Assembly: GCA_965205025.1 (NCBI GenBank)
Contig: CBDBFU010000012.1
Coordinates: 128,001 to 192,000, forward strand
Source of the DNA: Candidatus Poribacteria bacterium
GTDB lineage: Bacteria; Poribacteria; WGA-4E; WGA-3G
DNA: 64,000 nt
Direction: 5' to 3'
Shown here one piece after another: positions 8,656-18,467 of the stretch (its first letter is position 1; each line of letters starts with the position of its first letter). The notes beneath the pieces were generated by a model. The model had not been told where the DNA came from, did not search any database, and saw only the letters and a program-made list of their open reading frames with translations. The position numbers were made by a program, and so were the translations under genes.

Positions 8656-10251
8656 ATGGGTAAAGTTGTCGGAATAGATTTAGGTACGACATTTTCTGTG
8701 ATAGCACATATAAATGAGCATGGACAACCTGAAATTATCCCCAATTTGGAAAGTGACCGAATCACACCATCGGTCGTAATGTTTGAAGACAATCTTGTAA
8801 CTGTTGGGAAAATAGCTAAGCAGAATGCCAGAGCTGTTCCTGAACAGATTGTTGAGTTTATCAAAAGGGAGATGGGTAAATCAAGAACGAATTTCTTCCG
8901 TACATTCGATGAAAAAGACTATTCCCCTGAAGAACTATCTGCGCTCATTTTGACGAAACTGAAACAGGATGCAGAAATCTATCTGAATGAAGAGGTAACT
9001 GATGCTGTAATCACTGTACCCGCGTATTTTCACGACGCAGAAAGGGAAGCCACCCGAAATGCAGGTAAAATTGCAGGTTTTAATGTGCTTCAAGTCTTGA
9101 ACGAACCGACCGCAGCTGCACTCGCTTATGGAATCGATCAACTGGGTAATAACCAAAATGTATTTGTATTCGACCTTGGTGGTGGTACATTTGATGTGAC
9201 AATTATGCAGGTCTCAGAAGCTGAAATACAAATGTTAGCAACAAATGGTGACCATAGGTTAGGAGGTAAAGATTGGGACGACAAAATCATTACTTATGTT
9301 GCTGAGATGTTTGAGATAGAACATGGAGAGAATCCTCTGGATGATCTACATACATATCAAGACCTTCAACTGGATGCAATTGGAGCCAAAGAATCCTTAT
9401 CTCAACGACAAAGAGCATTAATTGTATGTGGATATAATGGGAAAACAACTCGTGTCGAATTAATGCGCGAGAAATTTGAAGAACTTACGGCAGATCTACT
9501 TGAGAGATGTCGAACTTTGTGTGAATTAGTATTATCAGAGGCAGAAATGGCTTGGACTGATATTGATAAGATTTTATTGGTTGGCGGGTCGACACGGATG
9601 CCTATGGTACAAGAAATGATACGGACAATTAGCGATAAAGAGATTAATCCACATGAAGTTAATCCTGATGAAGTCGTCGCATTAGGCGCGGCTATCCAAG
9701 GAACTCTACGTCAAATCACTGATGATACTGTTGAAACACCGGAAATGCCTGAAGCTGTTATTGAACGGTTTATTGGACCGGATGGTGTGCCAAAAGTCAC
9801 TGTAACTGACGGTGCTACACATAATCTCGGTCTTGTTGTCCTCAATTCACAACGCGATTATATTATCCATGTTATGATACCAAAAATGACTGCTGTACCG
9901 TGTGAAATTGCTGATCAATTCTTGACTGTAGATGAGAACCAACCAACTGTACTAATTGAGGTGGTGCAAGGACTTGAACAGGATCAGATTAAAAACCAAA
10001 TCCCATTTTTTGATGAATATAAGTTGGGAGAATGCACGCTTGAGTTACCTAACGGATTGCCACAAGGATCTCCAATTGAGGTAAATTATAAATATAATTT
10101 AGACCAAAATCTTGAGGTAACAGCAAAATCATTGACAGATGACGGTCCTACTGCAGTTTTTGATATCTTTTCAATAATTGATAGACCAACACTTAATGAA
10201 GAAGAAGTTTCCCAAGCACAAACAGATCTGCAAGAACTTACAGTTGAATAA
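8656..10251 (+). CDS. Atypical Hsp70/DnaK-family chaperone (no C-terminal lid)
   Basis: GIDLGTT, TVPAYF, EPTAAA, DLGGGTFD, LVGGSTRMP motifs; only 531 aa. Confidence 0.93.
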   Translation: MGKVVGIDLGTTFSVIAHINEHGQPEIIPNLESDRITPSVVMFEDNLVTVGKIAKQNARAVPEQIVEFIKREMGKSRTNFFRTFDEKDYSPEELSALILTKLKQDAEIYLNEEVTDAVITVPAYFHDAEREATRNAGKIAGFNVLQVLNEPTAAALAYGIDQLGNNQNVFVFDLGGGTFDVTIMQVSEAEIQMLATNGDHRLGGKDWDDKIITYVAEMFEIEHGENPLDDLHTYQDLQLDAIGAKESLSQRQRALIVCGYNGKTTRVELMREKFEELTADLLERCRTLCELVLSEAEMAWTDIDKILLVGGSTRMPMVQEMIRTISDKEINPHEVNPDEVVALGAAIQGTLRQITDDTVETPEMPEAVIERFIGPDGVPKVTVTDGATHNLGLVVLNSQRDYIIHVMIPKMTAVPCEIADQFLTVDENQPTVLIEVVQGLEQDQIKNQIPFFDEYKLGECTLELPNGLPQGSPIEVNYKYNLDQNLEVTAKSLTDDGPTAVFDIFSIIDRPTLNEEEVSQAQTDLQELTVE

Positions 10252-10327
10252 ATTCCTTCACCAAATTACATTTTCTTAGATAATATCATTAGTATATCTT
10301 ACCTTAGTTAACCACAGGAAATTACGA

Positions 10328-11704
10328 ATGTCTGATCGAGATGAATTTATAGCCTTTGTAACAGATTTTAAAGTTGTCTCACTTACTATTTCGGACGAAC
10401 AACGTAAAGGTCTTTTACGTAGAGCAGTACATCAACACGGTCTTACTGTAGAAGAAGCATACAGAATATTAGATAAATCGGGACTTGTAATTGGAGAACA
10501 ACAGGTAGATTTTTTTCAAGTATTAGGTATACCCTTTGAAGAGATTAAAACTAAAACCGAATCGGAGATTACAGGATGTGTTGAGTCAACCCACAAGAGA
10601 CTATATAGAGAATCCCTGAATTCGGGTGGTCGTCCACGGCCAGATGGTAGGTCAGAAGAACAGTGGCGAAGATTATTAAATCAAGCACGTGATGTCCTTA
10701 TTGATCCCATTAAGAGGCAAGGACATATTGATGAACTAAATACTTATGATGATGAAGAGTTTAATGAGGATATATCAATTAAGCCAACCACTTCTATAAG
10801 CAATTCATCATTTAATGTTGAGGAAAGGGTTATACCAGCACACAAAAAACTTGTATATTCTGTTGTATTTTCACCTGATGGCACATGTGTTGCCAGTGGG
10901 AGTGCTGACAAATCAATATGTATCTGGGATATTCAGGCTGAAAAGCAGAAACATATTCTTAACGGTCATCATGATACAGTAACATCTGTTAGGTATTCCC
11001 CAGACGGTAAAACCATAGCAAGCGGGAGTTTTGACGGAACAGTATGTTTATGGAATGCTAAATCTGGAGAGTTGAAAAAACGTTTAACAGAACAAAAAGA
11101 TAAAATTAGTTCCCTTGCTTATTCACCTGATGGAAAAACAATTGCAAGTGGGAGTTATAATGGAACTATTCAATTATACAATGCTGAGACAGGAGAACCT
11201 AAAATCCTCCTCAAAGGACATAAGAATTGGGTTAGTTCAGTTGTGTATTCACCTGATGGAAAAACAGTTGCATGTGCAAGTTATGATGGGAATGTATATT
11301 TATGGAATACTGAATCAGGCGTAAATATGCATGTCCTAACAGGTCATAAATTTAGTGTTATCGCAGTAACTTATTCACCTAATTCTGATACAATCATTAG
11401 TATTGATCTACAAGGAACAATTCTGGCATGGAATGCTATTTCTGGAAAACAAAAGAAACTCTCAACGGGGTTCATGTCCTGGGTTAGTTCAGTAGTTTAT
11501 TCCCCAGATGCAACGAATCTAACATGTGGTAGTTTTCATGGATCAATCACTTTATGGAATACAGATACATGGGAGGAAGTAAGAACTATTACAGGGCATA
11601 CCTCAACTGTAAAAGCACTATCCTACTCTCCAGATGGAAGGATTCTGGCAAGCTGCGGTGGAGACGGTAATGTACGAATTTGGAGTTCATCATTATACGA
11701 ATAA
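10328..11704 (+). CDS. Helical N-domain + divergent J-domain + WD40 beta-propeller
   Basis: DFFQVLGI...GGRPRPDGRSEEQWRRLLNQARDVLIDPIKR; about seven SPDG/WD repeats. Confidence 0.85.
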   Translation: MSDRDEFIAFVTDFKVVSLTISDEQRKGLLRRAVHQHGLTVEEAYRILDKSGLVIGEQQVDFFQVLGIPFEEIKTKTESEITGCVESTHKRLYRESLNSGGRPRPDGRSEEQWRRLLNQARDVLIDPIKRQGHIDELNTYDDEEFNEDISIKPTTSISNSSFNVEERVIPAHKKLVYSVVFSPDGTCVASGSADKSICIWDIQAEKQKHILNGHHDTVTSVRYSPDGKTIASGSFDGTVCLWNAKSGELKKRLTEQKDKISSLAYSPDGKTIASGSYNGTIQLYNAETGEPKILLKGHKNWVSSVVYSPDGKTVACASYDGNVYLWNTESGVNMHVLTGHKFSVIAVTYSPNSDTIISIDLQGTILAWNAISGKQKKLSTGFMSWVSSVVYSPDATNLTCGSFHGSITLWNTDTWEEVRTITGHTSTVKALSYSPDGRILASCGGDGNVRIWSSSLYE

Positions 11705-11788
11705 TACCTATTCAAGCTGCCGATCATTAATGACAGAATACTACAACTGAATTATTCTTGTTCATAGAATTTCTAATAGGTTTAATTA

Positions 11789-13030
11789 ATGTCCCAACGC
11801 GATGAATTCTTTGCATTTATTAATACTCTCAAAGATGCATCACCTACGATTACTGATGAACAACGAAAAGGCTTTCTCAGACTTGCAGTTGAAAAATATG
11901 GTTTAACTGTTGATGAAGCAACATCTATATTTAATGCATCGGGTATAATAATTGGGGAAATAGTTGATCTACTTGAAATCTTTGGATTAACTATCACAGA
12001 GATTAAGAGATATAATCAATCTGAAATTGTCGATCGCGTTGAGTCAATCCACAGTAAACTATATAGTGAATCTTTAAAGTCCGGTGGTCGTCCGCGTCCA
12101 GATGGTAGGTCAGAAGAACAGTGGCGAAGATTATTAAATCAAGCACGAGACACACTAACTGACTCAAAGAAACGGCACGAATATCTTACCACACTCCAAA
12201 TTAAAGAACCCTCCTTTGATATAGCATCAGGAAGCACAAGTCTTGAGGATATGTCACTTATTCATAAAGGTGAATTTGAAATGGGTAGCAATGATGACGA
12301 GGCTTTTGATGATGAACATCCGGTTCATACCGTTTTTCTTGACGAATTCTATATTGACCAATATCCTGTAACCAATGCACAATACAAGGCATTCCTTGAT
12401 GCAAGACCACAGTGGAGTAGACATGAAATTCCAAAAGAGTATTGTGATGTTGACTATCTAAAGCATTGGCGTTGGGATAGTTTTCCGAAAGGAGAAGCAG
12501 ATTATCCTGTTGTCAATGTAAGTTGGTATGCTGCTATGGCTTATGCTCAATGGAGAGGCAAACGTCTTCCAACTGAAGCTGAATGGGAAAAAGCTGCACG
12601 AGGTGATCTAATTGGCAATAAATATCCATACGGTAATTCAGTAGATCCCACTCAAGCGAATTATGACTGGAATGAGGGAAATACCACACCCGTTGGCAAA
12701 TATCCTTCAAATGGATATGAACTCTATGACATGTGCGGTAATGTTTGGGAATGGTGCCTTGATAAATATGAGAAATATTATTATAGAAACTCACCGACTC
12801 GTAACCCTATTGCTGGTGAAGATACTATTCACCAGTTGAATAGCAACTACTTAGAGATTGAATCTAACCGAGTATTACGGGGTGGTTCATGGCGTATACC
12901 TGCCTTATTAGTAAGAACAGCAAAACGTAATGCTGAATCACCATGGTTTTCACTGAATGTAATTGGATTTCGATGTGTATATCAGGTCTTACTTAAGGAT
13001 ATGTCTCCTTTACCTCCTTCCGTTATATGA
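11789..13030 (+). CDS. Divergent J-domain + FGE-sulfatase (SUMF1/CLec-fold) domain protein
   Basis: RPD J-like motif; GEFEMG, PVTN, RLPTEAEWEKAARG, DMCGNVWEW, RGGSW, GFRC. Confidence 0.88.
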   Translation: MSQRDEFFAFINTLKDASPTITDEQRKGFLRLAVEKYGLTVDEATSIFNASGIIIGEIVDLLEIFGLTITEIKRYNQSEIVDRVESIHSKLYSESLKSGGRPRPDGRSEEQWRRLLNQARDTLTDSKKRHEYLTTLQIKEPSFDIASGSTSLEDMSLIHKGEFEMGSNDDEAFDDEHPVHTVFLDEFYIDQYPVTNAQYKAFLDARPQWSRHEIPKEYCDVDYLKHWRWDSFPKGEADYPVVNVSWYAAMAYAQWRGKRLPTEAEWEKAARGDLIGNKYPYGNSVDPTQANYDWNEGNTTPVGKYPSNGYELYDMCGNVWEWCLDKYEKYYYRNSPTRNPIAGEDTIHQLNSNYLEIESNRVLRGGSWRIPALLVRTAKRNAESPWFSLNVIGFRCVYQVLLKDMSPLPPSVI

Positions 13031-13061
13031 ACTATCTTAACTTCTATATCAAAATTAGACT

Positions 13062-14447
13062 ATGCTAAAACGTAATGAGTATATAGACTTTATTAATCAA
13101 TTTAGAACTGTATCTCCAACTATCACAGATGAACAAAGGATTGGTCTTCTGCGACGAGGTGTTCAACAACATGGTCTATCAATTTCTGAGGCAGAGAAAA
13201 TAATTCTATCATCAGGATTAATTATCGGTGAACAGATAAATTATTTCGATATATTCGGTTTATCCATAGAAGATTTACAGAATAAAAACGAGGAGTTAAT
13301 TACAGCAGAAGTTGATACGATACACAGAAATCTATATAACGCTTCCTTAAAAGCAGGAGGTCGTATACGATCAGATGGCAGGACAGAAGAACAGTGGCGG
13401 ATCATATTAAATGAAGCACGCGATACTCTCAAGAATGTTGAAAAACGAAAATCTCATATTGAAATGCTACAATCCGATGTTCTACCTCCGATTGAAATCC
13501 TATTTGAAGATTCTCCTCTACAAGAAACTGACACAACACAAGAAACAATTCAAACACAACCAACCGAACAGTCAAGTGTGTTGCCATCTGTAAAAGTACT
13601 TCCTGAAGATGAATCTATACAAGAAACTGACACCCTTGAAGAATCTAATTTAACACAACCCGTAATAGAAGATGGTATGGCACTCATTCCTGCCGGAGAA
13701 TTTCAAATGGGGAGTGATGACATTGAGGCATACAATGACGAAAAACCTGTACATACTGTATACATAGATACATTCTTTATTGATCAATATCCTGTCACGA
13801 ATGTAGAATATCAAGAGTTTATTGATACCAATCCTGAATGGCGTAAACCCAAAAAGTGGTATGATAATACTGAAATTATTGCCGGTATTCACAAGAAATA
13901 TCATGACGGTGATTACCTAAAGACTTGGAAAAGAAACAATTTTCCAAAAAATGAAGATCATCATCCTGTAACTTGGGTGAGTTGGTATGCAGCCATGGCT
14001 TACGCACAGTGGAAAGGTAAAAGACTACCAACGGAAGCTGAATGGGAAAAAGCTGCACGAGGTGGTTTGACAGGACAGAAATATCCATGGGGAAATACCA
14101 TAAGCCTCAATCATCTAAATTACGATCTATATATCAGTAATACTACAGAAGTAGGTCAATACCCTGAAAATGGTTATGGTATTTATGATATGGCGGGGAA
14201 CGTATTTGAATGGTGCATAGATTTATGGGATGAAAACTTCTATACTAATTCTCCATACAATAATCCTGTCGCTGATGGATATTTAGCAGATATATTAGCT
14301 GATTTCACAAGCGCAATTACACCGAGAGTTGTGCGGGGTGGATCTTCTGTAAGTACTCCGAGAAACACACGTGTTTCATATCGACATAGAAATACTCCTA
14401 AACTGACATGTTTTAGTATTGGATTCCGTTGTGTAAGATCTAAATAA
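13062..14447 (+). CDS. Divergent J-domain + FGE-sulfatase domain protein
   Basis: RSD J-like motif, acidic linker, FGE-fold motifs. Confidence 0.88.
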   Translation: MLKRNEYIDFINQFRTVSPTITDEQRIGLLRRGVQQHGLSISEAEKIILSSGLIIGEQINYFDIFGLSIEDLQNKNEELITAEVDTIHRNLYNASLKAGGRIRSDGRTEEQWRIILNEARDTLKNVEKRKSHIEMLQSDVLPPIEILFEDSPLQETDTTQETIQTQPTEQSSVLPSVKVLPEDESIQETDTLEESNLTQPVIEDGMALIPAGEFQMGSDDIEAYNDEKPVHTVYIDTFFIDQYPVTNVEYQEFIDTNPEWRKPKKWYDNTEIIAGIHKKYHDGDYLKTWKRNNFPKNEDHHPVTWVSWYAAMAYAQWKGKRLPTEAEWEKAARGGLTGQKYPWGNTISLNHLNYDLYISNTTEVGQYPENGYGIYDMAGNVFEWCIDLWDENFYTNSPYNNPVADGYLADILADFTSAITPRVVRGGSSVSTPRNTRVSYRHRNTPKLTCFSIGFRCVRSK

Positions 14448-14500
14448 ACTACATTTTTATCAAATTTTTACTAATTTTTCATATATAAATTATTCTATCT

Positions 14501-15721
14501 ATGGCTGAAAGCAAAGAATTCATAGCATTTGTTAATAGATTAAAGACACTGTCACCGACCATAACCGAAGAGCAGCGTATTGGTCTTCTACGTCAAGGTA
14601 TGCAGGAATATAACCTCACCTCAGATGAAGCGGAAAATATTCTGAAAACATCAGGATTAATTGTTGGTGAACAAGATAATTATTTTGATGTCTTAGGAAT
14701 CTCAATTGAAGAATTTGAAGAACTTAGTGAAGCAGATATTATTGCGTATGTAGAATCCATCCACGACAAACTTTACAGAGCATCTTTGAATGCAGGAGGT
14801 CGGCCAAGGTCTGATGGTAGGACAGAAGAAGAGTGGCGGACACTACTAAATCAAGCACGAGATACATTAATAGATCCTGATATACGACGATTACACAATT
14901 CAACATTACAACAAACAGAAAATTCCTTAGATGATGGAATAACACATCTAAGTTCTGAAAATATGGTGTTAATCCCTGAAGGAGAATTTCAGATGGGATG
15001 TGATGATTATCAATCTGATAAGAGTGAGAAACCTGTCCATACTGTTTATGTTGATGCATTCTATATAGACTCTTTTCCGGTAACGAATCTACAGTACAAA
15101 TTATTTCTGGATGCGAACCCTCAGTGGAAATCTCCTAAAATAATTGATATTTATAGGATGCGAAAATATCGAGATACAGACTATTTGATGACTTGGGATA
15201 GGAACAAAGTTCCAACAGGAAAGGAAGAACATCCTGTAACTTGGGTGAGTTGGTATGCAGCTATGGCTTATGCTCAATGGTTAGGTAAAAGATTGCCAAC
15301 AGAAGCAGAATGGGAAAAAGCAGCACGTGGTGGCTTAGAAGAGAAAAAATATCCATGGGGTAATTCGATTGATGATTCCTATGCAAATTTTGGTATAAAC
15401 ATCGGTGAGACAACCCCAATTGGTAATTATCCTGCTAACAATTATGAAGTATACGATATGGTAGGGAATGTATCTGAATGGTGTTTAGATAAGTGGGATG
15501 AAAAATTCTATAGTTATTCACCACATATTAACCCAATTGCAGGTGGAAGTACTGAAAGGATTATAGAGACACATTCAAAATTAAGAGAGGAACGTGTAAT
15601 CAGAGGGGGTTCATGGCATACTGACCTTGAAGACCTACGAATATCCTACAGAACAGGATTAGCACCTTCAAAAACAGAAAGTTTTATAGGATTTCGTTGT
15701 GTGAAACCTATTAACCAGTAA
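14501..15721 (+). CDS. Divergent J-domain + FGE-sulfatase domain protein
   Basis: RSD J-like motif; FGE-fold motifs. Confidence 0.88.
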   Translation: MAESKEFIAFVNRLKTLSPTITEEQRIGLLRQGMQEYNLTSDEAENILKTSGLIVGEQDNYFDVLGISIEEFEELSEADIIAYVESIHDKLYRASLNAGGRPRSDGRTEEEWRTLLNQARDTLIDPDIRRLHNSTLQQTENSLDDGITHLSSENMVLIPEGEFQMGCDDYQSDKSEKPVHTVYVDAFYIDSFPVTNLQYKLFLDANPQWKSPKIIDIYRMRKYRDTDYLMTWDRNKVPTGKEEHPVTWVSWYAAMAYAQWLGKRLPTEAEWEKAARGGLEEKKYPWGNSIDDSYANFGINIGETTPIGNYPANNYEVYDMVGNVSEWCLDKWDEKFYSYSPHINPIAGGSTERIIETHSKLREERVIRGGSWHTDLEDLRISYRTGLAPSKTESFIGFRCVKPINQ

Positions 15722-15763
15722 ACCAATTATTTCTCTTGTTAAAGACCTAATTGAGGATCAAGA

Positions 15764-17053
15764 ATGCGTGAATATGAAGAATTTATCTCTGTTATCAATA
15801 CACTCAAAGTACTATCACCAATAATAACTGAAGCGCAACGTATTGGTCTTCTGCGACAAGGTGTGCAGGAATATGGTCTCACTACAGATGAAGCGGAAAA
15901 TATTCTGAAAACATCAGGATTAATTGTTGGTGAACAAGATAATTATTTTGATGTTTTAGGAATCTCAATTGAAGAACTGGAAAATCTCAGTGAAGCAGAT
16001 GTCGACGCACATGTTGAATCTGTCCACGACAAACTTTACCGAACATCTTTGAATGCAGGAGGTCGTCCGCGGTCTGATGGTAGAACAGAAGTAGAGTGGC
16101 GAAACCTTTTAAATCAAGCAAAAGATACAATAACAGATCCCTTAAAAAGAAGTGAATATATTTACATTCTACAACAGGATAGAATAAAGGATATACCTAC
16201 TGAAACATCACAGGAATTGGAATCATCTGAGGCAAACACAATACCTCATGCATTAAGTAGTACATTTATACAGGATGGTATTGAGGTGCCTGATGATATG
16301 GTATATATACCAGCAGGAGAATTCCAAATGGGGAGTGAACATGCAGATGCAGAGGAGGATGAACAACCTATTCACACAGTTTTTGTTAATGCATTTCTTA
16401 TGGATAAATATCCTGTGACAAATAGGAAATTTAGAGAATTTCTGAATACTAATCCTGAGTGGCGGAAACCTGATGATATAATTAATCATATAAGATGGAA
16501 TTATCATGACGGTTCATATTTGAAGGATTGGCAGATGAATATGTATCCACCTGGGAAAGGTGATCATCCAGTGACACAGGTGAGTTGGTATGCTGCGATG
16601 GCGTATGCAGAATCTGTAGGTAAGCGTTTACCGACTGAAGCGGAATGGGAAAGAGCAGCACGCGGTGGCTTGGATGGTAAACACTATTCATGGGGTAATG
16701 TTGAAGATTTTGCTAATGCAGATGAGTATTTAAATGCTGAAGATAATTTGCCAATCGGCCTTACACCTGCCAATAATTATGGACTTTATGACATGTGTGG
16801 CAATGTATGGGAATGGTGTCTTGATGCATATAATGAGGATTTCTATAATGATACACCACAGAATAACCCATTTTATGGACCTAACAGCATAGAATGGGTA
16901 ATAGAACATTTTAGACGTATAACAATCGAACGTGTATTACGCGGAGGTCCTTGGGGTTTTGAAACTATAGGTGCACGAGTATCACAACGACTCAAAAGTG
17001 CCCCAACCGATACTTTACCTACTTACAGTTTTCGTTGTATAAAATATATTTGA
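15764..17053 (+). CDS. Divergent J-domain + FGE-sulfatase domain protein
   Basis: RSD J-like motif; FGE-fold motifs (ends YSFRC). Confidence 0.88.
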   Translation: MREYEEFISVINTLKVLSPIITEAQRIGLLRQGVQEYGLTTDEAENILKTSGLIVGEQDNYFDVLGISIEELENLSEADVDAHVESVHDKLYRTSLNAGGRPRSDGRTEVEWRNLLNQAKDTITDPLKRSEYIYILQQDRIKDIPTETSQELESSEANTIPHALSSTFIQDGIEVPDDMVYIPAGEFQMGSEHADAEEDEQPIHTVFVNAFLMDKYPVTNRKFREFLNTNPEWRKPDDIINHIRWNYHDGSYLKDWQMNMYPPGKGDHPVTQVSWYAAMAYAESVGKRLPTEAEWERAARGGLDGKHYSWGNVEDFANADEYLNAEDNLPIGLTPANNYGLYDMCGNVWEWCLDAYNEDFYNDTPQNNPFYGPNSIEWVIEHFRRITIERVLRGGPWGFETIGARVSQRLKSAPTDTLPTYSFRCIKYI

Positions 17054-17117
17054 TAGGTATGGTCTTTTTGATAGAATAATTTCATAGAATATTGAAATAT
17101 AAATAGACTTACTAAAC

Positions 17118-18407
17118 ATGGCAAAACGTGAAGAGTTCATTCAGCTTATCAACACTTTTAAAACGGTGTCAGACACAATAACAGACAATCAAAGACGTGG
17201 TCTGTTGCAACAGGCTGTACAGATCTACGATCTCTCTATTGAAGAAGGTATAGAGATATTGGATTCATTAGGAATAGTTGTCGGCGATGAGATAAATTAT
17301 TTTGAGATATTAGGACTATCCCTTGAGGACATACAAGACAAGGATGACCACTCGGTTACTGATATTGTTAAAATAGCACATGATGACTTGTATAAAGTCT
17401 CCTTAACTGCTGGAGGACGGGTCAGATCAGATGGAAGGACTGAAGAACAGTGGCGAATACTACTGAACCAAGCGCGGAATATTCTGGGTGATAAAGAAAA
17501 AAGAAACGAATACATATCAACCCTTCTTCAAGAAGAATCTGAAGAATTTACAACTCCGAATACACCTACTATTCCGGGTACCGAACCTAATTCTATACAG
17601 ACGAGTGAAATTGTATCTGAACTGACCTCTCATATAATAATAGATCCTGACGATATTGAAATCCCGACTGAAATGGTATTGATCCCTTCAGGAGAATTTA
17701 TGATGGGATCTCATAGTGAAGAAATAAATGGTAGTGATTTATCATTACATAGTGTGTATGTAAATGGATACCTAATTGATAAATATCCTGTAACTAATTC
17801 TGAATTCCGTATTTTTCTCACAGAGAACGAACAATGGCAGAAAAACAACATACCCAATGAATTTCACAATGGTAAATACCTTAGTTCTTGGAACGGGAAT
17901 ATCTATCCAAGAAATAAAGACAATGATCCGGTTGTCGACGTAAGTTGGTATGCTGCCATGGCTTATGCTCAATGGATAGAGAAACGACTTCCAACAGATA
18001 TTGAATGGGAAAAAGCTGCACGTGGAGGGTTAACTGAAAAAACGTATCCCTGGGGTGATGATATTACTAACGACCTGGCGAATTACGGAATGATTGTTGG
18101 GAATACAACCCCTGTTGGCACCTATCCTCCAAATGAGTATGGTGCGTATGATATGGTTGGCAATGTGTGGGAATGGTGCCTTAATCATTATGAACATATT
18201 GAAGCATTTAGTAAACCAAGTATATCTGTTGAACAGATTGGTGATATCTTAGATTCCTACTTAGAAGTCGAAAGCAATCGTGTGTTACGTGGAGGGTCTT
18301 GGGCAAGTAGTGAACGAGCTCTTAATGTTGCATATAGAGGTAGTGCTGCCCCTGATTATACATATTACAGCTACGGGTTTCGATGTGTTAAGGATATTCA
18401 TGGGTAA
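17118..18407 (+). CDS. Divergent J-domain + FGE-sulfatase domain protein
   Basis: NYFEILGLS...RSD...LNQARNILGDKEKRNEY; FGE-fold motifs. Confidence 0.88.
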   Translation: MAKREEFIQLINTFKTVSDTITDNQRRGLLQQAVQIYDLSIEEGIEILDSLGIVVGDEINYFEILGLSLEDIQDKDDHSVTDIVKIAHDDLYKVSLTAGGRVRSDGRTEEQWRILLNQARNILGDKEKRNEYISTLLQEESEEFTTPNTPTIPGTEPNSIQTSEIVSELTSHIIIDPDDIEIPTEMVLIPSGEFMMGSHSEEINGSDLSLHSVYVNGYLIDKYPVTNSEFRIFLTENEQWQKNNIPNEFHNGKYLSSWNGNIYPRNKDNDPVVDVSWYAAMAYAQWIEKRLPTDIEWEKAARGGLTEKTYPWGDDITNDLANYGMIVGNTTPVGTYPPNEYGAYDMVGNVWEWCLNHYEHIEAFSKPSISVEQIGDILDSYLEVESNRVLRGGSWASSERALNVAYRGSAAPDYTYYSYGFRCVKDIHG

Positions 18408-18467
18408 AATATCTTCAACTCTAATGTACATCTAATTTTCAGAGTTCATCTTTTTGGAACTGTATTA

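Noticed and set aside
7939-10251. Housekeeping grpE-dnaK-dnaJ operon
   Set aside because: The Hsp70 is short and divergent, there is no canonical HPD/zinc-finger DnaJ, and no hrcA or CIRCE was seen; gene symbols withheld
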